Part shown: one piece after another, positions 33,292-44,500 of the stretch
Numbering within the stretch: position 1 is the stretch's first letter
Layout of the letters: every line of letters starts with the position of its first letter
Assembly: GCA_001949185.1 (NCBI GenBank)
Contig: BDGG01000015.1
Coordinates: 625,036 to 689,035 of the forward strand
DNA length: 64,000 nt
Direction of reading: 5' to 3'
Source of the DNA: Ramazzottius varieornatus
Taxonomy: Eukaryota; Animalia; Tardigrada
Notes under the pieces: model-generated
Databases searched by the model: none
The model's input: the letters and a program-made list of their open reading frames with translations, nothing else
What the model was told of the DNA's origin: nothing
Position numbers and translations under genes: made by a program

Positions 33292-33660
33292 GTGATGAAA
33301 TTGAGGGGGGGACGTTTGTGGCAGGTTTTTCAGCCTATCCGGCCCGGAAGCCGTCGCCGGCCTTGCGGTTCCGAGGTTTCGCAACAAAGTCACATACAAA
33401 GTGCCTTGTTTGCCCACTGGCCGGTAGACCAAGAAAAGTCAGCGAGAGACCTCGCTATAGCCGGATTCTTTTACTTGGGAGAAAACGATAGAACACAGTG
33501 CTTCTTTTGCGGTGGTATTCTGGAAAACTGGGATTCTCAGGATGCTCCGTGGGTTGAGCATGCACATTGGTATCCGCACTGTCAGTATGTGCTGGTGAAC
33601 ATGGGGCAAGAGTTCGTTAATCACTATCGTCGGGTGTACGACTCTTATTCTGATCTGTAG
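33292..33660 (+). CDS. Intronless single-BIR inhibitor-of-apoptosis (IAP)-like ORF within the Polinton-like block
   Basis: WPVDQEKSARDLAIAGFFYLGENDRTQCFFCGGILENWDSQDAPWVEHAHWYPHCQYV is a BIR domain with intact CX2C-X16-H-X6-C zinc ligands; no RING follows. Confidence 0.85.
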   Translation: MMKLRGGRLWQVFQPIRPGSRRRPCGSEVSQQSHIQSALFAHWPVDQEKSARDLAIAGFFYLGENDRTQCFFCGGILENWDSQDAPWVEHAHWYPHCQYVLVNMGQEFVNHYRRVYDSYSDL

Positions 33661-33958
33661 TAACCGTAAGTTGCACGAGTTTCTTGATGTTAATTACATT
33701 TAAGTAGAAATTTTTCTGGAGTGTGAAGCTGCCATTTTCCCTTGGTTATGGACGCCAAAGAAGACAGCAATTCGGCCAATGGCTCGGAGTTTGTCTCACC
33801 GTTTTTGTATTGCTCAGCTTGATCCTCCTGGATTCGTTCGAGATTTTGCGATTTCAAGATTCGAGTAAACGGATGCTGATGTTCTCGCGGTGCCCTGGTG
33901 GTCTCATGGAAAACGAAACTTAGGGCGAAAAACGAATTGCCGTAGCCTTAAAATGATT

Positions 33959-36750
33959 TTATTCAGGTCGGCTGTCGTAGCCATACAGCAGCGTCGAGTA
34001 ATCAGGTAAGACAATGTTTTTGTCATAAGTCGAGTGAAATCGTTTCTCAAGCTGGACAGGCCGGCAGTTCCATTTTGCGTTTCTCCCGGCGAATGTTGAA
34101 CGGGTAATCTATTTTCAGGGTGTTTTCTGGGTCGTATACCATATTGAGCATCGATTTGAAATTGATCACTTTGGAAGCAAGGCGGGACAGGGTGAAACCT
34201 TTCACCTTACACACAGCTCTGCCTGCAAAAGTCATATACAGTAGCTACAAGATTTGGGTCCTGTGGAGCAAAAGTCCGTTATATGTTCGATGTCCCGAAG
34301 CTCACTTGTGAGCATGCCAAGCATATTTCCGGTTGGAAGTGGATCATCTCCAGGACGCTGCACAAAGATTATCGAGTCAGTATCAAAATACAGTGTTCTT
34401 CGCCTGCATTTCAGCAAGAACTGCAACAGATGAAGGCGAGCCTTTGTCGTCGTGGACTTGTATATTGAATCGGTTTGGTATTACGGTATAGCGGGCAAGA
34501 TGGGCTGTTCTGCTTTCTCTTACGCTGCTAGGAAGACATTGGTTTTGTTGCTTGGGACGATGTAATCTGTCTTTCCCTTGTACGTTAGCATTAAAATCTC
34601 CTCGCTGAACAGATCAAATGAGTGAACAGTGTATTGTGGGTTGGTCATATATTCATAGAACTCTTGCGGTTTCTTTATAAAGACAGTAGCCAGCTTGTCC
34701 GGTCTTTCTCCGAGTTTTCCCAGAACCTGTGTAGATCTACAGTATTGTAACGGTCAATTAAGGTGTGCTCGAGAGCGACTACTTACGAGTTCAAGCAAAG
34801 TTTGGCCAACGCTCGGAGACCGGGGTTCTTAACAATTTTTGTAGGGTCTAGTCTGACAGACTTCTGCCTGAAAAAGTTTTCGATGTGTCACTGCTTTTGA
34901 ACGTTGGTTTTGATATCTGATGACCATCCAGAGGACTCCACTTTGAGAGCGAGAAACAGATTAATGTAGGTTTCGAAGAGCCGTTCTCGCTACTGCGGTT
35001 AGTGCCACACCTCATAGATTTCTAAGACGCGGTATCCATGTTCAAGCATTTCCCCTTATGCGCACGCAGCGCATAAGGGGAAATGAGCTTGTCTGTTCTG
35101 AAAGGCAAGACCGGTATCCACATGTCTTTCGGTGGTAGGATCTTAATGAAAGCCAGCCCGTAGTATGCGCGAATGTCTTGGAAATTGTCGCGTATAACCT
35201 TGTGCCCACCGACAGGGTACGTCTTGACTTTATTCACAAATGGGTATTCGGAAATCTGCAAGGAGAGAATCAATCAACGTCTGTCCGGCTACTGCTGATT
35301 TTTCTGACACAAACCACGTCGTAATGTTGTATCATTTCTCCATTTGTGCATTTGTTATGCAGTGCTGTTGCATTCACTCTGCCTCTATAAAGAGCATCAC
35401 GTGGGTCAAGCCTTGGCTTAACTGCGGCGCTGCTGGTCAGTGTGCGATAACCAAAGTTCCCGGCTCGCTTCCTGTCAAACTCGTATTCCCAGACAAACTG
35501 GATGCGGTAGCCTAGGTTGCGCAAAATCTTTTCTCTCTGGAGGGTACGGTTATGTAACTGCTCCATCGTCTGGTTTTAATGAGGATGACGCAAAACCTTG
35601 CGCAAGTGTGTGATGTGACCGTAATGAATGCAGCCTGTCGACAGAAACAGATACATAAACTGTGAACAAAAACGCCTTCCGCATCCTGATAGCATTCGAG
35701 GTCGAAAAACAAAAACTTTGCTTCTGTGTGACGCTTGAGTATTTCCTCGTCCACCCTCTCTCGCCTCATGTAGCACACGTGATGACCGGTGGTAACGTAT
35801 TGGGAGCACGAGCTGCATCGCTTTTCATCGCAGACATGGGGTTTGTGACGCATGCGCTTGGAATGAAGCGAGGACAGGTCCGGCAAACGAAAAAACTGCT
35901 ACAAATTGAGTTCATGGTCTTGAATCTGTGACTGTTGTGTTCCGTATCAGTATCAATAGCTTTGTGCGCTTCAAAGCAATTGCGTCCGTTAAATCGTCGG
36001 TTACAGTCCGGACAGTACACGTAGTCGGTTCCTGTGCCCGGACAATTTTGTCTGAGACATCCTCTGCATACAAAAGTACAGCGGTGGGTATCGCGGCGAT
36101 CGCACGGAACATTACAATGGAAACACCAGTGGTTTCGGCAATACCAGGCCGGCAGGCTCGTCAGTACATCAAAGTGCTGGTCATGCAGTAAGAGTAATAT
36201 CTTTTTTTTTTGGAACGGGCCGGAAAAGATGACTGTTTAGATGATCCACACTGACGATAATAATTTGGTAGTCGGAGAGAAGGGCTTCGAAGGCAGGTAA
36301 TCCTCTAAAGTGTATTGTCGATATTCAAGGCCTGCATGCATTAAAAGGTCACGAGCCAGTTTGGTTTGGTAAGTTCGATCGGTAATGCTGGTAGGTTTGG
36401 CTACTTTGTGCAGCGTACCGTACAAAACCATGTCGTTGTCGGCAGCGGGCGTTGCTTTGCCAACCAGAGCCCTGGGTAAGCAGGCCAGATCACTATTTCG
36501 TACCTGTACAACACTTCTTTTTCCGTAGGAGTTTTGTGTAGAGTAAGGACGGGACTTCCTTGGTGCATGCTCCAATTTCGGAATGGCCGAAAACGTAACT
36601 AGTTGGCGACGGACTATCAGCGGCAGTTGTATTATTAGCCTCATTAGCAGCACGAAAATTTGGCCAGAACTTCCTATGTTGGGAGCGAGTAGTCACTATC
36701 ATGCAACATGGTTCAACTTATGCAGAAAAGCGTGACTTCAAAGACAATGT
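33959..36750 (-). mobile_element. Degenerate Polinton/Maverick-type protein-primed family B DNA polymerase (pPolB) with spliceosomal introns
   Basis: In order: N-terminal VVQVRNSDLACLPRAL; Cys-rich CPDCNRRF..CFEAHK; ExoI FLFFDLECYQD; LRNLGYRIQFVWEYEF; LDPRDALYRGRVNA; motif A YDV|ISEYP; WIPVLP; motif B LAKLCLNS|FWGK; motif C LYFDTDSIIF; GPKS; CKVKGFTL; C-terminal YDK..TLLYGY. Many stops and frameshifts plus an internal deletion. Confidence 0.9.
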
Positions 36751-36872
36751 CACTAAGCGGAAAGCAAAATTTTCAAGAATACAGATTGTACCAATGCTTG
36801 TGGGGAAAGCCTAAAAGAGGCGTGGATCGTGTGTTGCAGTACAGTAGACTGTGAGACAAGCTGTCTGTTGTA

Positions 36873-37750
36873 TCAGGTAGACAGGAACAGCTCCATAAAC
36901 TCGAGGAAAGAATCGTCCCAGCCTGTCGGCTTCCCCAGTACATCTGGTGACAGGCTCACGAAAGCTTCGTCCTTGTAGATCCGGCATCGAGTCTCTGGAC
37001 CGATCTTCTGACCCTTCTTGGTTCTTGTGTGGTCTGTGGTGTCTTTCACGAACCACACATCCACGTCGTACCGCCAGTCGTCCGTCCCACAACGCTCGTT
37101 GCGAGTCTCGACTCCCCAAGCAGGGTCGCCCAATTCGGCCATCGGACGAAGATACTCGCCTTGCGCTGCACTCATGAAGGCTTGCACTTGTTGCAGACTG
37201 GACCGTCTCAGCACAACCTGCGTCACGCCGTTGTCCTTGTTCCTTCGATTTTTACTGATGAGCACCTGAAACTCCTTGCGGTCGAAGAAAAAAACACCTG
37301 ACGTCTTTCAGGGCAAGAAATGCGATGTGTTGGTCTTCTCGGAGTGTGTCTTCGCGCATCTTGCTATAAAGCGGTAGCTTCTCCGTCTTCGGATCGGTGA
37401 AAAATCCAACGTCCTTTATGTGCTGAGCGAACTCGTCACCTGCAGGAAAAATCTTGGAGAAAGATGGTTTGCCTCTTAATAGAGAAAACTACTTACGGTC
37501 GTAAAATTTCTCCAGTTTGATGTAAACTTCGTGCGGCTTGTCGCCGGCTGTTTGTTCGAGCATGCGGAAACCCTGCAAAGCGACGAACTCTGGAAGTAAT
37601 TGCAAAAGTAAGTTTCTTGTTGGGCGAAGGACCTCACCGAATCAAGCTGCAATCACGTACTCAGTCCGAAAGTATCTGCCAGTGGATAACCGTTGTTCTT
37701 TTGGTAGGCCGTAATCTCCAGATCTATAACAGCGCAATAATGCAATGACT
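36873..37750 (-). pseudogene. Intron-containing gene upstream of pPolB, weakly PC4-like
   Basis: GT-AG introns 37440-37496 and 37590-37637 join reading frames (KLEKFYDR|DEFAQHIKD); RYDVDVWFVKDTTDHTRTKKG loosely resembles the PC4 ssDNA-binding motif; one stop and one homopolymer frameshift. Confidence 0.4.
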
Positions 37751-38024
37751 ATGACGTCAGAATTCATGCGGATACCAGAACCCTCGAATGGATCCTAGAC
37801 GAACTCTTCTGGAAAATAATGGAAACAGAACACTGCACACTGTGTCCGTATCGTCGTGCCCCATTGAATACTGCAGTTAGAATGTACTGTATGCTTGGCG
37901 TTTGAATGCCTGATATACAAGGCATTTATTTTCGTTATATAGCGTAGCGAAGCGGAAAACTGGTAGAAAAACGCTACGCTGTTCCAAAACTGCTCATACG
38001 TGGTTGTAATCGACTACTGGAAAC

Positions 38025-38424
38025 ATGGTCACGATAAAGAATATTGTGGCAACGGCCAACCTGAACTGCTCGGTTGATTTGCACCGGTTGGAACGTTTAA
38101 TCGATAGGTCCTACTGCAACTCCCCTTTCGTTCTCCGGTCTCATTATAAGACGCCTTATAATAGTTGTCAATGGTGCTGTCACCAAAAGAAGCGCGTATT
38201 GTCTCGCAAAAAAATACTGTGCGCTCGTGGAACAAGCCTGGTACGACGCTACAATGAATGACTTTAAGATAGTCAACATCGTCGCCACGTTCAACTTCGG
38301 ACATCCGCTGCGACTGACCGACATTTACAATACATTACAATACATTACAGGAAAAGGAATCCACAAAAAGCAAAGTAAACCGTCTAGTGAAATCATGAAT
38401 CGTTTTGTCATGAATCGAATTTAA
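38025..38424 (+). pseudogene. TATA-binding-protein (TBP)-like gene, frameshifted and truncated by a Gypsy remnant
   Basis: MVTIKNIVATANLNCSVDL (cf. TBP LQNIVSTVNLGCKLDL), then in another frame IVVNGAVTKRSAYCLAKKYCALVEQAWYDATMNDFKIVNIVATFNFGHPLRL (cf. [52 protein letters not shown]). Confidence 0.8.
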
Positions 38425-40870
38425 TTTTCTAAAGCGCGATCTCGCGTGCTGCCGCGAGCCATACGTGTACAGTATTGGCGTATTTAGCCGCGCTGTCGAA
38501 TTCCTCCTCGAAGTTGTCAATGAAGTCCCATGGTTGTTGTGGATTTCGGCCAAAGACTAACGAAAAGGGGAGATAGCCGGTAGTCTCGTTAACTGCACTG
38601 TTCATAGACCGAACGGCCACTTCAACGCATAGATCTCAATCTTTTTGTTCTTTGTCTACACAGTTTTTAATGATACTTATTAGTGTGCGATTGGCACGCT
38701 CCGCCATCCCGTCACACTGAGCGTGATAGGAAGTAGTGAGTAAATGTTTGATGTTCAATAGTTCTAGGAGATATTGGATGACTGATCCTCGAAATTCTGC
38801 CCTCGGTCTGTAAGGATCTCCTTGGGAACCCCCATGCAGCAACACCCACTTATCGAATAGAAAATGTGCCGCAATGTGCCGCTCTTACTGCTTCCGCCAC
38901 AACGTATTTCGTTAAAGGAGAAATAGCAATAATTATGAGCATGGGCCTATGTAATCAATGTGGACTCTGTTGAGCGGGCCACTCGCAATAGACAGCCGGG
39001 CGGCTTCTGTGAAGTCCCCTTTGATTGTTGGCGCGTGGGGCAAGACTGGACGTAGTTTGCTAGTTGCCGGTAAGGATGGGCATTCCGCCGGTCCTTCTCC
39101 CTGGAACGGAATTCGGAAAGGAATTCCTAATTTTCCTATTTTCTTATTTCCCGTTTCCTAAAACGGCTAAACCAAAAATCGGAATTCCAGTACGGCAGTT
39201 TAGAAGGCAAAAACCCAGGCGGAAGTTCGGCTAACAAGCTCAGCAAACTCCTTTGCATGTGGCGCACGCTTTCAGCCAGTTCTACTGGAAGCGTGCACCA
39301 CGTGGCAAAAAATCAAGCCGAGTTTGTTAGCCGAGCTCCTGCGCCCTTTGCCCGCACATTGTGTGGGACTCCTGTAATGCTTCATGAACTCGGCGAATGA
39401 CGTTATGGTAAGCATATGCTGTATACGTCATCGTACCCAGTAAACTTCACCCTTACTGTGACGTCAGTTTTCCAAGTTTTTGAAGCATTACAGTACACCA
39501 GTTATTTGTAAAAAGTGGCGATTTCAGTCATTTCACCGATTTTTGCAAGCGGAATTCCGGTTTGGTGCTTATATTCCGATTCGGAATTCCAGCGTTCCGA
39601 ACCGGGCTCATGTGGAAAGTAACGGAGTTCCTATCTTCCAGGCGGAAATAGGAACGGAGCGGAAAACGGAATGCCCCGTCCTTAGTTGCTGGAGCAGTGC
39701 CGGCCAGAAATTTCGATTTTTTAATCGGGCTTAGGTCTTGCTTATCCCGAGATGATCCGCAAGAAGCGAGTCGTGTGCTTCAGCTAACAAAGACTCCGTA
39801 CGCTTTTTGGGTACTACAAGAACGAAATACAGATGCCCATCCCTAATGACTTTTCTGTACAGAAATACCTTTTTTTAATTATGATTTAAAACGGCAGATT
39901 TGGTTTTGACTGAACTGTTTTTCACTCTAAAGCATTAATAACGGGCGCACAAAACAAGTCCTTTTCTTGCGGGGATCGCAGGTCCACTGTATCTAGCATA
40001 AGCAATGGTGAAGACTCAGCGCGACCCTCTTGTGCATCAGTCTTCCTGGGGATATCGGGACCTAGCGTCGGCCAGTAGATTAGACCTTCCCGGCAGATAT
40101 TTAACCTTGAGACTGTAGGGTGCTATGCGAAAAAGTCTACCTTGCTAGACGGCCAATGAGCTTTTTGTTTTCAGTGAGGCGGAAATGGCGGCATGATCGA
40201 TGACAACTGTAAAGTCGCTGACGGTTGACAGATAGTAATGACCAGTACGCGGCATTTTCTAATATAGACATCACCACGTACTTTTGTTTCATCGGTTTAT
40301 CCCACCCATACACGCCCAGGAATCCTTCGTACCGTGCTATGAATTCTTTTGCATCCTCGTACAGGTTGTCAGAAAAAGTTGAAAGGTCCTTGGGACTAAC
40401 GTTATTGAGGCCTCCAATGACCTTGGTCAAAACAGCCATATCGGGATTAGAGTTACATAGCTTCGCTTCTGCACGCTGTTTCTCCTTTCTTCCGTGTCCG
40501 AATCAGTTTCAACCTTCTCCTCTTCCTTGTCAGGCTCGTTCTACGGTGATAGCGTCAGCCATGCTTTTATTGATTAAATTTCCCAGATGAATCACAGTAT
40601 GGTTTAGATTGTTAAATGATTCGTCTAAATCAATAAGAGAATAGTCCAACAAAGCGGTGTCGAGAAGCTCGTTGTCAGTTTCCACGCTAGCGTCTTGCGT
40701 TTCTGCTCGATCAATTTCCACGCCCTCAGCTAGGACTGTCCTATCAGCCCATTCCATCTCTTCCTGGAATTTCCTCCCTGCTTGTTCAACAAACTCCCTG
40801 AAGGTGACCTTCGTCACATCTCTTTTCCTGCCGGGTGGTCGATCCGTTTTTACTAGAAAATGTTTCACTT
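38425..40870 (-). mobile_element. Ty3/Gypsy LTR retrotransposon remnant (gag-like plus integrase fragments), minus strand
   Basis: Integrase core HLLTTSYHAQCDGMAERANRTL..NSAVNETTGYLPFSLVFGRNP; zinc-binding AHDSLLADHLG near 39750; gag-like ORFs 40137-40868. Confidence 0.8.
39071..39684. mobile_element. hAT-type MITE inserted in the Gypsy integrase
   Basis: TIR TAAGGATGGGCATTCCG / CGGAATGCCCCGTCCTTA; TSD GTTGCCGG vs GTTGCTGG (7/8); GGAATTCC subterminal repeats. Confidence 0.8.
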
Positions 40871-41578
40871 ACCGTATTGGCAGTGAACAGTTGTGCGGGC
40901 TTATGTGATGAAGGAATGTGATGGAAGGAAACGGGGTTTTTGATGGGTGGAAGCTGGTGGAAGTTGATGGATGGGAGTTGAGTAAGATGACTGGACAAAA
41001 CAAAAGAAAGGTCACGGGTTCCATGTGGTCTCGGAATGGTAACTTGGCAGACTGAATTCTGGACTCGGTGTGGGCTGCGAATGTTACGGGCACGTGCGGA
41101 ATAGACGAAGCAACTTTATGACTCCCAGACAACTTCAGGAGAAGCTTCAGTTCAGTTCAGTTAAATACAGAAAAGAAGGAAAGGGCGGAAACTGATGAAA
41201 CGAGAGCAAGTGTTTATTGGGTCGAATGATGATCGCAGATCATCAATCGGTACCTTGGAAAACTAAGTGAACAGAAAAAAGGGCGTAGCCCGATGTAATC
41301 GTGAATCTACAGACGATATCACACATTAAGGCAGGCTTGTTGGGGAAGATAAAAAATTAATATCATTGCAGGACATCCAGTAAAGATGTTCGGACAATAT
41401 CTGTCATAACAGCACTTAGGAAGACGTAGGAAGACACACGTAGGAAACCAATGATTACGCGTACGTCGGATTGCGTCTTCACTCCGACAAGGCGGTGCAC
41501 GGTAACTTCGGGGGGGGGGGAGGAATCTTAAAGAAACAAATCAAATACTGGCAGGGCACAGTATAATCCCTCCCTAAA

Positions 41579-44500
41579 GTGTTTCACGTGTGGTCTTTCC
41601 GGTCACGCGGCAGTAACTGCTATTCGAGTGGAGGTACTACCTTCACTTCGGCGGTGGTTAATAGCATTACCATCTGCTTGTACTATGGGAAGAATGGCCA
41701 CTGGGCTACTGAATGCTTCAGAAACCCGGCTAACCAAAGCGCAGGCAGTAACTGGGAATTCCAATCAGCCGAAAAAACTTGCGGTTTTTTGTAGCTTCTG
41801 TGGAAAATATGGCCACCTCGGTCAAAACTGTTTCAAGAGTCTTTTCAATACCAATCAACCTACACGGGATGTGAGAAATGCAGCTCCTTCGGTCCAGCCT
41901 ACCAGTTTAAATAGTTGCTAAAACTGCAATAATCCGGGTCATAAGGCACATGACTGTACTCTTGATGCTCAGTCAACAACGAACAACGCAATCACTTGCT
42001 ACAATTGTGGGGGATTAGGACATTTTTCTCGGATCTGCGGCTCCAGTCAGCAGTCATCGTATCAAACAGACAATTCCGGGGTGACTTCCGGTAACAACAT
42101 CCGGGGACAGTCAAATTTCTGAGGGGGCCTGTACCGCGGAAACAACGGTGATCCGTTTCCGCGAGGTACTTCCAATCAAGCGCGATGCGACATCTGCGGT
42201 CTGACCGGCCATACCACTCAGATGCATTACGCCAGATCAAATGGAGGTCAGTAAAGCAACATCAATACAAACAACCAAAACATCACACAAAGGTTTTCTC
42301 GCGGTAACCAACAGGTCAATAGTATTGTCATAGAAAGCCTTAAGGAGAAGAGTCAAATCATAATTGTTCCTGTGTTGGTGGAAAAACAGGAACAGTTGGC
42401 ACTGGTCGACAGTAGCGCCGGGGCCTCTGTCATTTCTGGTGACCTTACAGCTTTTCAGGGTTTTGCGTCTCCGAACCCTTACTCACGGTTTCGGCTGTCA
42501 ATGGACAGCGAGTTCTTCTCACGGGTCGAGTACGAGGGAAAGGTTGTTAAGCCGCCCCATTCTGCGGTTGTTGAGTTAGCCACCCTTGCGGTATGTGGTG
42601 GAGCACAGGTAATGCTATAGCCATGAGTCGTGGTATAAGTAATAGCGCTTTTCCAAACTGCGGTGTAGTGGACACCATACCGTCAAATACACAGTCCGTA
42701 GATACTATCCATCGCACAACCAGCTCATCACACTTCCCTAAAATCTTAGTGGTTATTCAATACAACAAATAATATCGAGGTCAGAATACTGATTAAGAGG
42801 TAAAACAGCGGAACCCGCTTCAAATCATAGGGTCGATTATCCCTCAAGCTATCTTTTGTTTCTTTGCAACACGCGTCCGTCTTGGTGGAACTTCTTGGGC
42901 AATGTCCTCTGGCTCGTGGCTCGATGATGCTTTTTGCTTCAAGTTGACTTTTCTGACCGCTACGCTCTTTCCAGCTGTATGCAAAATGCTTGATGTTTCC
43001 TGAACTCCCTCTTGATTAGACTTCGACTTTTGTTTTGCAGCTTTAGAGGCGTCCTTAGCTGCTTTCACAGCAGCACATTTTGCGGCCTGCGCAGACTGAA
43101 AGTTGTCCTCGTTGGTCAAACCTCCAGCATCAAGGTTCAGGTGATCGTTTTTTTCTCGACGTGCTTTCTTTGGTGCGACAGTGAGCAGCGAAGCTTGGAG
43201 TGAAGCAGCTAGCACGGCACCCGGAATCACACCTCGCTGCTTTAACCTGATAAATTCCAGAATGTCGCCATGATCTTTCTGGTAAACGATATCAAACTCA
43301 GCAGACAAGGATTCCGTCAAACGTTCAAAAATGGGCTGATAGTCTTCTGCAGCGACCTTCTCCGGGATCACACGATCACTAGGACAATGACGAGTCTTCA
43401 CAGTGGCAATAATTACTTCAGGACTGAATGGAAACAGTCCCGATTTTCGGAGTCCGGATACGAGATTCTGTCCGGAGTTGAAAGAGTGTTGAAGGAGGCA
43501 TTCTTCCGTATGAAACCAGTTTTACCAGATGAGACAAAAGATTATCCTTCGTCACCTGAGAATTACATCACATTAAACAATCACCACTGAATTTCACTGA
43601 AATACCACTGTTGAAATCTCACCAGTCCTCCTATCATATTATGACGGTGCCTCAAGTACTCAGCCCACGATTTCTTGACTTGCCCAAACACGGAGATATC
43701 AAAAGGCTGCAGATGACTCGTTCGTCCAGCAGTTAATGCGAAGACGTAACGTATTCATTACACTGTGGCTAACCTTCATTTTAGTCATTGTCGGAAATAC
43801 TACCAACTTAAGGTAATTGGCAAAGTGAAGTTGATCCATGGTTCCGGAATCATTCACTCCTTGATAGCAGTGTCCACTTGTACCATCTGGTCGTGAACGA
43901 ACGTGTCGTTTACCGGAAAAGAGTGCCATGAATGGAAGTTGAAGTCCAGCGGCGTTACCACATGGTAATATAGTCACCAGTTCTTTCTCTGTTCCATCAA
44001 ATTGGGAATAAATTTGATGCATTCTTTTTCGTCCTACCACCCTGTCGAACATTTGTGCAGTATTAAAGGCTGACTCGTCCAGATTCCACACTTGTTCTGG
44101 TTCGTCGAGGAAGCCTCGCTGGAAAAGTAGCTCCGTCAGCTTGCTGATGTATCTGTCCGCTAATTCATGTGTCCATTCGCGGTCGTTCTTTCGGTTATTT
44201 GCGTGGGTTACTCGTATGGACAACGTGGGATGTCGCTGCAGAAATCGACGGAAATGTTGATCGTTGAAGGCTGTGTGCTTTAGGCTTAAAACATGTTGAG
44301 ATTAAAATACGATCGACGTAAGCAAGATCGGAAGACAAATTACGAGAATAAATAATTCCACGCACCAAGTCGGTTATTCATGTCCACGATTGTTGCCGCG
44401 CAGTGCTGTCGATTTAGCGGAATTCCCGTATCAGAACAAGCCAGCAAAAAGGCAGCAAGAGCTTCTTCTTGAGGAGGTATTTTCGGCTGCTTTCCGTGAG

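Noticed and set aside
40870-41560. Candidate LTR and primer-binding site for either Gypsy remnant
   Set aside because: No second LTR copy, TG..CA boundaries or clear PBS could be identified.
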